NCBI RefSeq assembly: GCF_006345805.1
Contig: NC_043000.1
Coordinates: 153,016,001-153,080,000, forward strand
From: Octopus sinensis
Taxonomy: Eukaryota
Direction: 5' to 3'
DNA length: 64,000 bases
Below, in pieces: positions 24,734 through 36,802 of this stretch (the first letter of the stretch is position 1; every line of letters starts with the position of its first letter). Under the pieces are notes generated by a model. The model had not been told where the DNA came from. It saw only the letters and a program-made list of their open reading frames with translations, and did not search any database. A program made the translations under genes and the position numbers.

Positions 24734-24794
24734 GATAACTGAAGAGATGGCAGCATGGATTTCCACCTAGGCATCCGAAACTCAGAGTTTTATC
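24734..24794 (+). ncRNA. Type I hammerhead ribozyme motif (right arm, sense to gephyrin)
   Basis: GATAA 24734-38, CTGAAGA 24739-45, GATG/CATC helix II, GAAA 24777-80, CTCAGAG, GUU with predicted cut after 24789, TTATC 24790-94. Confidence 0.7.
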
Positions 24795-24840
24795 ATGGCT
24801 ACCGAATAATTGTCACATATTACATTTACACACACACACA

Positions 24841-24891
<51 letters not shown>

Positions 24892-25086
24892 ATATATCCA
24901 TTTATCTTTCTTTCTCATTCTACTCATTACCAATATTTAGTTCATCATAATACCTTGGCTATCACCTTTCTCTCTTGCATTCTTCTTGCTCTTCTTTCCA
25001 TGTCTATCTGGCTTCTTCATTTGGTATGATGCCAATAGCCAAGACAGCAGGACACTAATCTAAATACTAAATATCATAGAATTTAG

Positions 25087-25121
<35 letters not shown>

Positions 25122-25279
25122 CCTCTTCCTCCTCCTCAATTTAGTTTTTAGTGGAATTAACTTTGCTTAGTCTCTTATCTCTTTGATATTGGCAAAATAA
25201 GTAACTGTGCTATACTAGAGTGAGTTTATTGACTACAGTCCTTTCTCTGAAACCTTGTTCCTAGTTAAAAGAAGTCAAT

Positions 25280-25703
25280 AGGCGCAGGAGTGGCTGTGTG
25301 GTAAGTAGCTTGCTAACCAACCACATGGTTCTGGGTTCAGTCCCACTGCGTGGCATCTTGGGCAAGTGTCTTCTGCTATAGCCCTGGGCCGACCAATGCC
25401 TTGTGAGTGGATTTGGTAGACGGAAACTGAAAGAAGCCTGTCGTATATATGTATATACATCTATATGTATGTGTGTGTATGTGTGTGTGTGTTTGTGTGT
25501 CTGTGTTTGTCCCCCTAGCATTGCCTGACAACCGATGCTGGTGTGTTTACGTCCCCGTCACTTAGCGGTTCGGCAAAAGAGACCGGTAGAATAAGTACTG
25601 GGCTTACAAAAGAATAAGTACTGGGGTCGATTTGCTCGACTAAAGGCGGTGCTCCAGCATGGCCGCAGTCAAATGACTGAAACAAGTAAAAGAGTAAAAG
25701 AGT
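25280..25703 (+). mobile_element. SINE family A
   Basis: Full-length match. Confidence 0.9.
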
Positions 25704-26083
25704 ATGCTCACTATAAATTTACTGTTCTCTTTTTGTCTCCCACCTTTTCCTTCTCTCCCACTTAATTCCACCAGCTCCTCTTTCTCAGTCTCATCCTTCC
25801 TCTCTCCTTTGCCTCTCTGTTTGACACTTATTCTCTTTCTTTCTTAATCTTACTAGCTCTCTCTCTCTCTCTTACCTCTGCTGGTTTTCTATGTGGTCAA
25901 GCAATTTCTTTGAAATAGCTTCTCAAAAAAAATCTGGTTGTCTTAAAAATAGGAGGAGATAACCACCCCCGCTCCCAAGTATGATCTCCTTCTACCTGTT
26001 CATTCTTTCACTCCTTGGTCAGCTTTACTTCTCTTAGCATAGCACCTTATCTCACCATCCTACTTGTTATCTTGTTATCTCTA

Positions 26084-26313
26084 GCGGTGAGCTGGCAGAA
26101 ACGTTAGCACGTTGGGCGAAATGCTTAGTGGTATTTCGTCTATCGTTACGTTCCGAGTTCAAATTCCGCCGAGGTCGACTTTGCCTTTCATCCTTTCGGG
26201 GTCGATAAATTAAGTACCAGTTACACACTGGGGTCGATGTAATCAACTTAATCCCTTTGTCTGTCCTTGTTTGTCCCGTCTATGTTTAGCCCCTTGTGGG
26301 CAATAAAGAAATA
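26084..26313 (+). mobile_element. SINE family B with 16-bp TSD (1 mismatch)
   Basis: TATCTTGTTATC(T/C)CTA at 26068-26083 and 26314-26329. Confidence 0.88.
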
Positions 26314-26434
26314 TATCTTGTTATCCCTATGTACTTGATACATAGGACAACGCAGTCTCAAATATGCAAATATAATGTGTGATGGTCAGATCTGCTCAAT
26401 CAGACATTTTCCTCCTTGTCCCCACCTCTGTCTA

Positions 26435-26475
<41 letters not shown>

Positions 26476-28847
26476 ACTCTTTGGTCTATTTTCCTGTGAT
26501 TTTCTTTTTACTATTTTCATTCTGATACCTTCCATTCTTTTTACTCTCCTTCTCTCTTAACATCTCTCCTTCCTCATAAATTTCCCCTACTAATCATGTC
26601 TCATCAAATTTCCCATCATGTTCAACTGGTATGGTTTATATACCTAACTGAATTCAAATAAACAATAAAACAAATGCAAAGCAAAATCAAAATCAAAATA
26701 GGGTGGTGGGGTAAGTTAGGGCACTGTGAAGGTTTAGTATTTCAAGGTTCTCCAGGTGAGAATATTTTCATTTTCCTTCATTTAAAGGCTCTACCCAATT
26801 TACAGAAGATAACTTTTCTTCCTATAAGCTATCATTATTTACTTGTACTAACAGGTTTCTCTCACAGACTAATAAGAAAACCTTTAAACAGTTGCTCAAC
26901 CTGTTAGAAATAGCAGATAAATTTCTTTTAAATCAAACCCTACTTTTAAAAAGTTAGTACATATTTGAAAATGTGGTTATAGATATAATGCAAAAATGGA
27001 TTGGTTGTGGCTGGAATGCCTTTGACTTTAGATCTGTTCTTTCAGAGCCAATCTGGGGCTAAACTACAAACAGCAGTTTTGCAAATTGAGCTGGCTCTTC
27101 TTGTTGAGCCTGTCTCTCAGCTGCTGACTGACTGCTATTTGTCTGAATGTGTTCAGTCCCACTGAGGAAACCAAAGCCTTGTGAGTGGATTTGGTAGATA
27201 GAAGCTGAAATAAGACCATTGTGTATGTCATCATCATGCTCCGTACTGGATTTTATATATATATATAAATATATATGTATATACATACATACAAACATAC
27301 AGTCATCTAAGAATCCCTAAGTTGGAAAGAATACACGCATGTATATTTGTCAATAGAGTGGGTACAGTAATCCAAGTATACAGTATTATAGATTCATTTC
27401 AGTTAATCTTACCAATTGGTTTTGCTCTGGATATCAGATAACTGATTATTAGATAAGTAGTTAAGTAGCATTACATGCTCTTCAGAGAAAGCAGTGCATA
27501 TTTTTTCAACTTATGGATTCTTAGTTGACTAACACATCCCCTCATATTGCAGCATATATTGCAATAGACCACCCACAACTTGTGCCTTATAGATGCTATC
27601 CCTGGATGTGCACTCCACATGGTCATCGAAGACTCTCCACAGGTACATTTTATACATCTTTTTACCACATATCTGTCATCTCTGAGGAGCATATGGTGTT
27701 ACTTAACCACACCGTTATTTAATATCCAGTGTGAAACTGATTGGTAAGATTGGCCGAAATGGATCTATAACACTTTACTTGGATTAATGAATATGTATGG
27801 ATGAATGCATATGAATGTATATATGTCTGTTTACATCTGCTATGTCTTGTGCGAAAGTGAGGCAGGCAATGTTGTTAGATTCTCCTATCAACAAATTCTC
27901 CAGGCAGTTTGTGCCTTAGAAACTGTGGAATAAGTTTTCTCTTACTTGAGGTGAGGGCATTACACTGTAAAACAAAGCATCAAAAAAGATTATCTGGCTG
28001 TAAAACAAGGCCTTAACATATTCATCCAACCTATGGAAGTGTGGCAAAATGGATGTAATATGAACTGATGAACAAATGTCTAGCCCAGCCAACAAGTTTC
28101 AACATATTTTCAAATGTTTTTGAATGATTAGAGATCCTGTCTGCTTCACTGTTTTATTGAATGGGTGAGAATTGGTGACAGGAAGGGCATTTGGCTGTTG
28201 AAAATCTGCCTCTACAAATTCCATCTAATCCATACAAGCATGGAAAAGTGTGTATGTTAAATAATGATGTTGATTGAGAACACTAAATTACAAGTTGTTA
28301 TTTAGCCCAAGGCATTTCAGTTGTGGCCATCTGGTCTTTCTTGTAAAAAAAAATAATTGTATACCTAGAATCACATTATCAAATGTGCCTCCCAATTTTT
28401 TAACGATAAAGGTGTGTTATGAGAGAATTTTGGCAGCTATATCTAGCAAGTCAAGCAACCACATAGAAGCTTCCTTGCTGAAGATATAATATTTAAATGT
28501 TACAGTCATTGAAAGCTTTTGACAAATCAAAATTGCAATTTAGTTTCCATTATGAATTGAAGATTTTTTTTACTGTATCCTTAGATTCTTGGGGAAGGGT
28601 ATGAAAGTCTTAAAACTTCATGAACATTCTCATCCTATTAGAAAATAAAGCTTCTATATAACAAAGAAAGAAAAAAAAAGAACTCCAGTTATTCCAAAAC
28701 ATAATGAGAAACAGAATACACATGCCACAAAAACATATAACAATAACTTGGTGATTATTTTTTAAATTCTGCTGAAATTATGACAAATCTGTTTTTAAAT
28801 ACTCTCTTGCATATATATGCATTTACATACATGCATACTATCTAACA

Positions 28848-29180
28848 CAGGCCTGGCCAACTTGAATTGCATTGCAGGCCACTTTAATCACAGAAAATTT
28901 TTTGAGGGCTGCTTGTATACTGACAGAATTGAAAGCATTTTGCTTTCTCATGCTATTATTACAATAATGAACGAATGATCTTTGATTCAACATGAAATAC
29001 TATCGTTGCAAAAACGGTAGTATCGATTTTTTTTACTTTTCATTACAATCTTTAATTTTTGATATAATTTTTAAAAAATGTTTGTTTAAATAAACCCATT
29101 TCAAGAAAGTATCAAGTGGGTTGCATGATAAAAGTTTGCGAGCTGCATATAGCCTGCGGGCCTCAGGTTGACCAGCCCTG
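28848..29180. mobile_element. hAT (Charlie-like) MITE
   Basis: TIRs CAGGCCTGGCCAAC / CAGGGCTGGTCAAC; 8-bp TSD ATCTAACA (28840-47) vs ATCTTACA (29181-88). Confidence 0.75.
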
Positions 29181-29802
29181 ATCTTACACATACATAAATA
29201 CTTAGATATATGCAAATATTTACACACAAAGACTTTCTCATTTCTTTCTTTACTCTAATTCACTTTCTTACACATACACACACGTACACACACACTAACA
29301 TATATGCTCCCTCTTCTGCCATATATACTCAGAGAAACACACAAGTATTTATTCCACCAACACGACTTCATCACTTCCTTACCTACACAAAGCTAAGCAG
29401 ACAGTTACAATCCCTAAAATGCTGACACAATCATACACACAACCCCAGATAGACAATGACAATCACTCACATATTCACAAACAGGTCCTTTAATTTTTTT
29501 ATTACTCAATCCTTCAACGACACATATTTAGACACTCATGCATACATACACACATTGACACCTACATACGCTTTATTTGCACCGATGCAGAAGTGCATTA
29601 AGGTGTTAATATAATGGTGATATACTTGTACTTACTGTGAAAGAAGATTTTCAGAGCAAGGACCTCGCTCTCATTTTTATGCATGAAATCATAAGTGCCT
29701 AATTTAAGATAAATTTATATAACAAATATATTTGTTTTATGTGACTACTAATGTTTCTTATATTATTTTTGAATATAATAACGATTTATATATATATATA
29801 TT

Positions 29803-29836
<34 letters not shown>

Positions 29837-29911
29837 GTGTGTGATTTTAGGTATATGTATCAATTTGAAACAAGAAAGAAAAGCAGGCCGTCTAGCAGGA
29901 TCTGAAATGCA

Positions 29912-29950
<39 letters not shown>

Positions 29951-30399
29951 ACTACGTGCTGGATGACCAGCCAAACTTGATGGATATACAGTTTGGATTC
30001 TGTTCGTAGGCTTGTTTTTTTTTCTCTTTTTCTGCCTTAAATTCATACTTACAATGCCTATTATCATTTTACTAGGAAAATCTTAGCAGTTAATTCACAT
30101 GAAGCTGGAGCTTCAAATGAATAAACTCTACTACAAGCATTGAGTAATTTTTTTTTTTGTCTCTTTGCATTTAGTTGGAATCACCAACAGTCATAGCATC
30201 TCACTATGATAGGAATATTATACATCATCATCATCATCATCGTTTAGCGTCCGTAACACAATATAATGATGACCACACAAAGTATGTGTACTATTCCCTG
30301 TATTGAGAGCATGCAACTGATGAGTTCTGCTATGTATATGAATAAGAATAGTTGTCACATGTTTTCATTTCATCAGTTATGTTTTTAAAAGGTTTATAT

Positions 30400-30660
30400 G
30401 GAGCTCGTGGAGCCATGTGGCTTAGTGGTTATGGTGTCAGCATCATGATCGTAGGATTGTGGTTTCGATTCCTGGACTGGGCGACGCGTTGTGTTCTTGA
30501 GCAAAACACTTCATTTCACGTTGCTCCAGTCCACTCAGCTGGCAAAAAGGAGTAACGCTGCGATGGACTGGCGTCTCGTCCAGCTGGGAAACACATACGC
30601 CATGGAAACCGGGAAACCGGGCCCATGAGTCTGGCTAGGCTTTAAAAAAGGTGCATCTAT
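30400..30660 (+). mobile_element. tRNA-derived SINE, family C-type tail
   Basis: A box TGGCTTAGTGG, B box GGTTTCGATTCC; tail GGAAACCGGGCCCATGAGTCTGGCTAGGCTTTAAAAAAGGTGCAT shared with 35001-35297 (-). Confidence 0.8.
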
Positions 30661-31131
30661 TTATTTTATTTATATGGAACACAATGTTGCCTAGACAAGA
30701 AAAACAAAGTACAGTCAGAGTGTTCAGTTCATAGTTGTAGAATGTGTATTAAGACAAGAGCAGGAATATGCTTGTGGAAGTGGTGAATGTGCTAATACTA
30801 GTTTAGGTGGTTCATTTTACTAATGCAGCCTTTTGATAGTCATAACTGTGGAGACTGCTAAATGCAAAGATTTGCTGGGAGGTCTTGTTTCTCTGTTAAT
30901 GTCACTAACCTCCTAGCATTCAGACTACCTGCCTGGCAAGTTCTATCTTCTCAGATCTAGTCTCTTTTTATGTACTGCAGCACAAATTTTATGAAGCTGA
31001 TTTATAGTCGCCTCATTGCTAAAACATCCCGTAATTTATGTACGATTTCATTGGCCAGCTAGTTTTTGCTGGTGTCATCACTCAACTGCCAAAACTCCAA
31101 AGTTCATTGTTCAGATCAATGTGTAGACCTG

Positions 31132-31167
<36 letters not shown>

Positions 31168-31545
31168 TGTGTGGTTTTGTTTGTGAATGTATGTCTCTTG
31201 ACATCATGGGCTGGCTTTGATTGAGCATCACTGTCATAGAAGTGATGTCCTCTTACAGTTTTCTGTGAAAAACATGTCTGGCCATGAACCATTACATTTC
31301 TTAAAAACAGGTGAAAGTTGTTGGCAAGAAGAGTATTTAGTTTTAGGAAATCTACCTTAAGGAATTCCATCTGATCCATGCTAGTATGTGTAAAAACGAT
31401 CATCATGATAATAAATATGGTGCAGGCATGACAACTGTGCTACTTGGATTACATCCAGCGATAGTAAAAGCAACAACAGCATGAGACCCAGCTGTAGCAT
31501 CAATAGCCTTAATGACTAACATCACCAGCGCAAGAGCACAAACGT

Positions 31546-31800
31546 GGAAATATGTCAGTCCCACAGGCGGCCTGTCCAAGCAGCATCTGAGTAACCATAG
31601 GTCCTCTTTTAGGATATCAGAGAGACACGTGTTCCTGGCCGGCTAAGTATTGCATTTAAAGAGGAGAGTGCACCATATATAATTGAATGGAGGATCCTAG
31701 AACAACTGGGACTATATCTAAACAGGAGTAAATTATGTAAGCTTTGCTTGGCCAAAGGAGCAAGGGTCCTGAGAAAATCACTTGATCTGGGGACATTTTT
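31546..31800 (+). pseudogene. Decayed Penelope-like GIY-YIG endonuclease fragment
   Basis: KYVSPTGGLSKQHLSNHRSSF (YIG-like, NH..SF) and PYIIEWRILEQLGLYLNRSKLCKLCLAK (W.IL...Y....C.LC motif). Confidence 0.6.
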
Positions 31801-31812
31801 AAACATCAGAAA

Positions 31813-31847
<35 letters not shown>

Positions 31848-32834
31848 CTGAAGTTAATAAAAGAAAATGGAGAAGAAAAATATAATAGATACTTGGTTCA
31901 TTTTATTTGTATCACAGTGGAAAAGTAATGCAAAGTAAAAGTGATAAGAATATAGATAAAAGAATCCAGATCAACAAAACAACCAAAAAATATCTGGAAA
32001 AAATTCTACACATGTTTCAATCCGACAGTATGTTTGAATCAATATTTCAACGATCAATATTAGCTAAATTTCATCGACCAGTATCTAATCACATGATCTC
32101 TGAGTCCTAATAAGTTGTTTACATTTGAAAATTTCAATGAACAGTCCTCAAATTAGGTATTTTGTAATTCAAGACCGGAAAATATACTTGCTTTTAAAAC
32201 TGACCAGAAGACTGTGTCTGTTTAGAAAGAAGGGCAAGAGTGAGTGGAGAGCTCATGGCCAGGTATGGTCGTAACTATTGTCAAGATTTTAGGAGTAGTA
32301 ATGGGTATAAAGTATTTGTCTATAAAGGAGGCTATGTAGGGGAAGACCCCCAAATCATGGTGTTAATTATCAGTTAATGGGGCAAGACGCTAATAAAACT
32401 TGTGATGATAATACATGGGAAATTTTATGATGGGGTACCATGCATAGGTGGTTGTTTATAAACAGCATTGTTATGTTATATAGATAAAATTTTAGATTAT
32501 CAAGCATATCATAACCAAAATAGATAAAATGTGTATGTATATCAATTTTCAACATTAAAAAGGAAAGATTACATAGCATCAGTTTAATATTCATTCATAT
32601 GCATAATTATATACTTATTAGATGGTTTGTCTAAAGACTGCTCTTGGCATTTACTTATGGAATACTGGAAAGACAATATATTAATTATAAGCCACGGATC
32701 AGAAAAAAATAAAGTTGTGTACAGATACACATATTTATGTGCACACATATACGTTTGTATGGATATAGTATAAACATCTCGCATAGACATAAGTTACTAG
32801 AAAGTATCAATCTCTATTTCAGAACAATAACAAC

Positions 32835-33268
32835 TTATAGAGATAAGAGGTTAATAGGTAAGGATGTCAAAAGTAAGAAAACAAAATAATATATATACAT
32901 CAACCTATATATAGGTAGATATATAGATATATATATGTATAGGTAGTTATACAGGTAGATATAAATAGATATATGTATATATATATATATATATATAAAA
33001 GTAAATAAATGGCACAACGAAGCACCGATATTTACTGGAAAATAGCGAACGTATATATATATATATGTGTGTGTATGCATATATATATGTATGCATATAT
33101 ATATATGCATATGTGTATATATATATATATATCACCTTGATCGACCAGTCCGTCGGGCGTCCATTTGACACCGCTTGTCACAGCACGCTGTCCACACCTC
33201 TGCATAAATATATACATATATGTATGCATCATATATATATGCATATATATATACATATATATATATGT

Positions 33269-33309
<41 letters not shown>

Positions 33310-33330
33310 TATGTATATGTAAGCCTGTAT

Positions 33331-33366
<36 letters not shown>

Positions 33367-33385
33367 GTATGTATGTATATATATG

Positions 33386-33424
<39 letters not shown>

Positions 33425-33545
33425 GTATATATATGTATGTATGTATATATATGTATATGTATGTATGTATATATATGTATGAATGTATATATATATATAT
33501 GTATGTATATATATATGCAGATATATGTATGCATATATATATATA
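32835..33545. repeat. Compound (TA)n/(TATG)n microsatellite region
   Basis: Directly visible; source of the Y/I/C/M-rich ORFs. Confidence 0.95.
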
Positions 33546-33677
33546 ATTTAGAGACAAACCGCTATTTAGTTAATCTATCAATATTGAAAAGGTGTTATCT
33601 ATAATAACCACATAGATATTAATTAAATATCTTATAATTATTATACTAAAAATCTCATGACGAATGAAATATTAAAT

Positions 33678-33758
33678 TAACTACGCGTGTTTCATGACTA
33701 TATATATAAATCGTTAATATTAATTCAATTTTAAAATATATAGCCACTCTTCAGGTAA
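33678..33758 (-). ncRNA. Type I hammerhead motif in PLE pLTR, partly decayed
   Basis: CUGAAGA, 11-bp helix II (GUGGCUAUAUA/UAUAUAGUCAU), GAAA, ACACGCGU near-palindrome, GUA site; helix I weak. Confidence 0.55.
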
Positions 33759-33804
33759 AAAATTAGCATAAATTAAGATATTATAATAAAACTATAAACA
33801 TATA

Positions 33805-34025
33805 GGAGGCGCAATGGCCCAGTGGTTAGGGCAGCGGACTTGCGGTCGGAGGATCGCGGTTTCGATTCCCAGACCGGGCGTTGTGTGTGTTTATTGAGCG
33901 AAAACACCTAAAAGCTCCACGAGGCTCCGGCAGGGGATGGTGGTGATCCCTGCTGTACTCTTTCACCACTCTAAAGGCGGTGCTCCAGCATGGCCGCAGT
34001 CAAATGACTGAAACAAGTACAAAAA
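33805..34025 (+). mobile_element. Chimeric SINE: family C head with family A tail
   Basis: Head GGCGCAATGGCCCAGTGGTTAGGGCAGCGGACT matches 35170-35240 (-); last ~50 nt identical to family A tail. Confidence 0.8.
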
Positions 34026-35000
34026 AATATAAATATATGTATATTAACAGTAAATAATTCAATAAAATTTTACAATATCAATGCAAAGCAAAAACATGAC
34101 TTATCTTATTGATGAAAACGAGTTAAAAGAAATTTTTAACTGTAAACTAACAACCTAGCGTAGTAAAAAAAACTATCTCGTTAAACGTGACGTAAACAAT
34201 AAATAAATAAACAGATATGTATTTAACGATAAAAATAATCAAATAAACGTGACGTCATATACCGTTTACGGGGGAAATTCTAAATTTTCAATAGTGTAAA
34301 ACTACATTATATGTAAAAAAAAAAATTAATTAAATGTCCATAAATTAATATATATTCTTCAATTAATCTTATCAATCCCTTAGTTTAAATTTATTCTAGT
34401 TTTGTTCATGCACTACATAACCTATAACTAATTTATTCTCATTATAATACTACATAATATAACTTTATAAATTAATAACATAAATTAGGGTATATTTATT
34501 CACAAATTATCTAAACTTATGATATAAGTAATTCGACTTATGTCTACATTTAATTTTCCTCTCATCTTGGGAATTAGACAATTGTTTTTTAGATAGTAAT
34601 ATCTCCATAAATTCATTTGTACATAGTAAACAAAAATTATTACCTATTCGATAAGATTTAGCTTTATAAACTATCTCCCATTTTAAATTATATTTAATTC
34701 CTTTAGATTTTAATTCCCATATATATTTGCTATGGCTAGTAGAATTAATGTTTTATTCTTAAATGAGTGCATGTATTGGGCCACCCTTAATTTAATTTTA
34801 TTAGACGTCGACCCCAGGTAAATCACATTTATATTATAACTATTCCTATTAATATTATCATCTATCAGAGTCACTACACATTTATATACTACATCAGCCA
34901 AGTTACATTTATTTTAAAATTTACATTTCGTCGTGTCTCTACACGTACAATTAAATTCTGGTCATTATTATTCCTTTTTTTCTTTTCCTTTTTCGCCCTT

Positions 35001-35297
35001 TTCAAGCCTAGCCAGGCTCATGGGCCTGGTTTCCCGGTTTCTGTGGCGTATGTGTTCCCCCCAACTGGACGGGACGCCAGAAACAGGAAGAGAGAGTGAA
35101 AGAAAGTTGTGGCGAAAGTGCAACAGGAGTCAACCACCACCCCCTGGCGGAGCATCGTGGAGCATTTAGGTGTTCAATAAACACACAACCGATCCTCCGG
35201 CCGCGAGTCTGCTACCCTAACCACTGGGCCATTGCGTCACAAAATAAATGCACCCTTTTAAAGCCTAGCCAGGCTCATGGGCACGGTTTCCCGGTTA
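35001..35297 (-). mobile_element. SINE family C plus an adjacent second tail fragment
   Basis: Reverse complement head CCCTAACCACTGGGCCATTGCG; tail AAGCCTAGCCAGGCTCATGGG present twice (~35005 and ~35262). Confidence 0.75.
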
Positions 35298-35334
35298 CAC
35301 ACACACATACATACATATATATATATAAAGTTAA

Positions 35335-35515
35335 TCCAAACAAGAAAACACGAAAAAAAAACAACAACGCGAGGACGTGGAACAAATATAGTATTATTGG
35401 ACGCTCAGGAAAGAAGGGAAGAAGAAGGGTTTAACGTTTCCAGCGGAGCTCTTCGTCGGAAACATAGGAGAAGGAAAGATCCAGAGAAGGGAAGACAGAG
35501 GAAAAAAATCGCCAA
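35335..35515 (-). mobile_element. PLE pLTR-like fragment with a mutated minimal hammerhead (35429-35463)
   Basis: Homologous to 44590-44800 (+); GUUU-CCGACGA-A-GAGC-UCC-GCUG-GAAA-CG-UU-AAAC. Confidence 0.6.
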
Positions 35516-35530
35516 CAAGCCAGGATGTGC

Positions 35531-35900
35531 GTGTGTGTGAGGGAAAGGGTAACAGCGTACGTTTTTAAAATTCATTTTTCCTCGTATCTTTTTTGAGTGA
35601 GTCTGATTGACTGAAAGAGAGAGAGAGAGAAAGGTGTGTGTTGTCGGAAAGAGAGGGAGAGAAAGTGTGTGTTACTGTGTGTGTGTGCGACAGAGAGAGA
35701 GAGAGAGAGAGAGAGATAGCGTAAATTTAATCTATTTACTTTTTCTCGCATCTGTTTTTAGTGTTTGACTGAGAGAAAGAGAGAGGGGCGTTACGCTATC
35801 ACACACTCTCCCTCTCTCTCAGTAAAAATCACTCAAAAAAGATGCGAGGAAAAATAAATTTTAAAATGTACGTTGTCACTCTCTCTCTCCCTCACACACA
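35531..35900. repeat. Foldback/MITE-like inverted repeat with ~85-bp arms and GA microsatellites
   Basis: 35531-35620 is the approximate reverse complement of 35810-35900 (CGTACGTTTTTAAAATTCATTTTTCCTCGTATCTTTTTTGAGTGA). Confidence 0.7.
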
Positions 35901-35949
35901 CATACACACATCAACACCCCCCTCTATCTCTCTCAAACATACACTTACT

Positions 35950-36370
35950 TTATGCTGACATCAAACGAAATGTACATTTCCACTTCAAAAAGCAAATAAA
36001 AAATTTTTACGGAATTTACCGAACGCTGTACCTTAACAGCTGATAGATCATTGACAACTCTGTGACTCAAAACAAAGGATAGTCCTCGCCGAAACTTATC
36101 TCCTGCCATAAAATCTTCGATGATATAATGATACCAGAAATAAATCACTGCTTTAATCCCCACCTTTAATCCTCTGCATCGACAACAGGTTGCATTTCCA
36201 GAATACAGAATGATACCCTTTAGTGAACATATTGAGAAATGTGCAAAGCAACTACTACCACAATTTATAATCTCCATTCTATCAATGTGCTACTGGAACA
36301 CCAACACAAGTTAGATTAAACAAGGAAACCCTCTTCATTGAAAAATATAAGCCAAAACTTAACCACTTCT
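35950..36370 (+). pseudogene. Decayed Penelope-like endonuclease C-terminus
   Basis: HRQQVAFPEYRMIPFSEHIEKC...PFYQC...KETLFIEKYKPKLN, the PLE H.QQI...P.S.H...C...PFY...E..FI....P.LN pattern. Confidence 0.65.
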
Positions 36371-36756
36371 AACATTTTTAAATAAGGAAACTCACCTCAT
36401 TGAAAAAATATAAAGCAGCACCTAACCACTTGTAACATTCTATTTCTTCTAAACTAAACCATGTTTAACTAGTCATTCCCAACATGTTTGATTATCTCCC
36501 TTATACCGGAAAAATCCCTGGTTACCTTCCCCTGCCTGGAACTTCATATTTCAAAACATAGCGAAGACATGACACGATGTAGGTAAAGAAATTTGAAAAG
36601 AAAATATGAAACCGGTTATTTCTCCAAAAACTATGTTACCATACGCAAAATTTTATAACATTTTTCTAACGTAGCGACATAAATATATTCTTTAACCATA
36701 TAACATAACCCTTCTGTAGTTTTTTCACTAACTTTTGTTTTGCACATACACACACA

Positions 36757-36800
<44 letters not shown>

Positions 36801-36802
36801 AT

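Larger units (their letters stand above)
24589..24830. mobile_element. 242-bp foldback element carrying two head-to-head hammerhead motifs
   Basis: Outer 59 bp of the arms are perfectly complementary, about 7 mismatches over the ~118-bp arm, short central loop; no TSD seen. Confidence 0.85.
33550..34910 (-). mobile_element. Penelope-like element 3' remnant (GIY-YIG endonuclease + downstream pLTR), interrupted by a SINE
   Basis: VVYKCVVT...IYLGSTSNKIKLR (34710-34901), then LKWEIVYKAKSYRIGNNFCLLCTNEFMEI...KCRHK (~34510-34690); HHR motif downstream on the same strand. Confidence 0.75.

Noticed and set aside
30345-30378. Minus-strand CUGAUGA followed closely by GAAA
   Set aside because: No helix II and no valid NUH site.
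32000-32085. Minus-strand GAAA-CAUGUG-UA with upstream UCGAUGA
   Set aside because: Possibly a fossil of the 33.7/44.0-kb HHR family, but core and helices are too degraded to call.
32835-33604. Dense overlapping ORFs here and at 44879-45650 and 54908-55423
   Set aside because: Microsatellite translations (Y/I/C/V/H/T repeats), not genes.
33805-33880. tRNA gene
   Set aside because: A and B boxes are present but there is no acceptor stem and it continues into a SINE body; the same applies to the other SINE heads.
36561-36622. GCGAAGA...GAAA-CCGG-UU downstream of the PLE endonuclease remnant
   Set aside because: Right position and palindromic helix III, but the core lacks U4 and helix I does not form; noted only as a possible fossil.
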